A DNA stretch of 64,000 bases from an uncultured Gemmatimonadales bacterium. GTDB lineage: Bacteria; Gemmatimonadota; Gemmatimonadetes; JACCXV01; JAHWKZ01. Below, piece after piece: positions 62,932 to 64,000 of this stretch. The stretch lies in assembly GCA_947259315.1 (NCBI GenBank), contig CAMYLR010000019.1:1252-65251 (forward strand). Reading direction: 5' to 3'. Position 1 is the first letter of the stretch. Each line of letters opens with the position of its first letter. Below the pieces are notes generated by a model. It was not told the origin of the DNA and did no database searches. It saw only the letters and a program-made list of their open reading frames with translations. The position numbers and the translations under genes were made by a program.

Positions 62932-63374
62932 TGCGCCCCTCCCGGTCGCACCGCATTCAACGCTCGATCGCTATCCGTTCGGTCGAGTCGCAGTGACTCC
63001 AGCCGCACTGACCCGTAATCGTCGACTTCGAAGTCGGCCGACTCGGAGTGGATCGCCAGTAGCCGAGCATTACCGATCTTCTCGCCCACCCGCGCGAAGT
63101 GCCCGCGCCGCATCGGGTCCTCAAGAACGACCAGGCTGTTGCCCGGTGCGCCGAGGAAGATGCCGGTCAATCTGAGCGTCTCGAATCGCGGACCCTCGCC
63201 CGGATCGGCACCCGACGTAAGCGGAACGAACGGGTCGCGGCGACCGTCGTCGTGATAGCTCGCCGGTTCGACGCGCACCACGTCAAGCCCTTCCGGCGCG
63301 GTCGCTTCCTGACTGATCACCGCTCGCGGCGCGATCACCAGCAGAGCCCACACGAGGAGACTCGCCCGGATCAC
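62928..63374 (-). CDS. pilP: Type IV pilus assembly lipoprotein PilP-like
   Basis: Signal peptide, RDPFVP motif, small beta-domain. Located directly upstream of and overlapping pilQ. Confidence 0.55.
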   Translation of the reverse strand: MIRASLLVWALLVIAPRAVISQEATAPEGLDVVRVEPASYHDDGRRDPFVPLTSGADPGEGPRFETLRLTGIFLGAPGNSLVVLEDPMRRGHFARVGEKIGNARLLAIHSESADFEVDDYGSVRLESLRLDRTDSDRALNAVRPGGAQ

Positions 63375-63964
63375 GTTTGATCCTCTCTGTCTATCGGCCG
63401 TGCGAACGCCGACAAAACGATCGTTGCCACGACCTCGTGCTTTGGCTCCTCAAACGCTCTAGCTGGGGGAACGAGAACCCCCTCCAGTGAGACGATCATC
63501 GGCCGCACCATGCGGGGAAGATTGACGATTGCGGCCATGAATCGGCCGACCTCGTGGTACCGACCTTGGACCTGTAGATCGTACGGGAACTCGATCAGAT
63601 CCTCTCCGGCCCGCGCATCGAGCGGTGTGAATTGAACGATCTCGACGTGCTCGGTGAGCGCCGCCGAAGACACCTGGGCGAGCAACAAAGGAACCTCGGC
63701 CGCGCTGGGCAAGAGCTCGTCGTACGCCGCCATCGCGATTCGGTAGTCGGACTCACGCCGTTTCAAATCGGCTACGCGTTGCGGCTGCGTCACCGCGCGG
63801 GCTTGGCGATTGGTTTGCTCGATCAGGCTCAGGTGCTGTTCGGCTGCCATCCGGTCCGACCGCAGCGGAGACCATTCGTACTGGTAGAACAGCACTGCAG
63901 CGCCGATGATCAACAGCACCGTTACGGCCGTTTTTTGCTGCCCGGGGTCGTCGAGTCCGAACAT
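63371..63964 (-). CDS. pilO: Type IV pilus assembly protein PilO-like
   Basis: Short cytoplasmic N-terminus, single TM (VTVLLIIGAAVLFY), coiled-coil, then periplasmic domain. Consistent with pilN-pilO-pilP-pilQ order. Confidence 0.55.
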   Translation of the reverse strand: MFGLDDPGQQKTAVTVLLIIGAAVLFYQYEWSPLRSDRMAAEQHLSLIEQTNRQARAVTQPQRVADLKRRESDYRIAMAAYDELLPSAAEVPLLLAQVSSAALTEHVEIVQFTPLDARAGEDLIEFPYDLQVQGRYHEVGRFMAAIVNLPRMVRPMIVSLEGVLVPPARAFEEPKHEVVATIVLSAFARPIDREDQT

Positions 63965-64000
63965 CAGTTGACCGTGAACCCGAGTTCGTCCAGAAAGATG
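63964..64000 (-). CDS. 3' end of an upstream pilus-assembly gene (probably pilN), truncated by the window edge
   Basis: The open frame ...IFLDELGFTVN* ends in a TGA that overlaps the pilO ATG (ATGA). Confidence 0.3.
   Translation of the reverse strand, partial: IFLDELGFTVN

Overview
High-GC (~68%) bacterial chromosomal window of about 59 tightly packed genes. The organism looks diderm: lpxB, a PilQ secretin with pilN/O/P, and two sigma-54 enhancer-binding proteins are present. A Myxococcota- or Gemmatimonadota-like origin is only a guess. Most of the window is housekeeping: gdhA, lepB, dnaK, htrA, tRNA-Leu(TAG), tig-clpP-clpX-engB, gcvT, hslVU-xerC-trmFO-topA, thiD, udg and the type IV pilus secretin module. 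Three accessory-looking loci stand out. (1) 757-9524 is a five-gene plus-strand operon. Its centre is a 1467-aa single-ORF megasynthase with the domain order fatty-acyl-CoA reductase, fatty acyl-AMP ligase, ACP, then PlsC-type acyltransferase. This is an ElbD-like ether-lipid enzyme, as described for myxobacterial elb clusters. It is flanked by a DAGK-family lipid kinase, a HAD phosphatase, a Zn-dependent alcohol dehydrogenase and a LarA-family (nickel-pincer-type) racemase homolog. (2) 33484-35005 is a satellite bacterial-microcompartment locus. It has two tandem EutN/CcmL-type pentamer (BMC-P) vertex genes and a deoxyribose-phosphate aldolase whose N-terminus carries an amphipathic encapsulation-peptide-like helix. 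No hexamer shell genes are in the window. (3) 11442-13426 is a DoxX membrane protein translationally coupled to a 517-aa ThyX-fold protein. Its dUMP-binding RHR motif is replaced by HSH and roughly 300 aa are inserted. Smaller oddities: engB has no canonical start codon and sits in frame directly after the clpX stop. A tandem alpha/beta-hydrolase lipoprotein has one nucleophile-less domain. An FAD oxidoreductase has a C-terminal membrane module that recurs as a stand-alone downstream gene. One sigma-54 activator has a receiver lacking the phospho-Asp. The secretin carries a ~100-aa C-terminal extension and is followed by a Big_1-repeat lipoprotein. No CRISPR arrays, rRNA genes or mobile elements were seen. 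Several long ORFs in the six-frame track are antisense artefacts of the high GC content.
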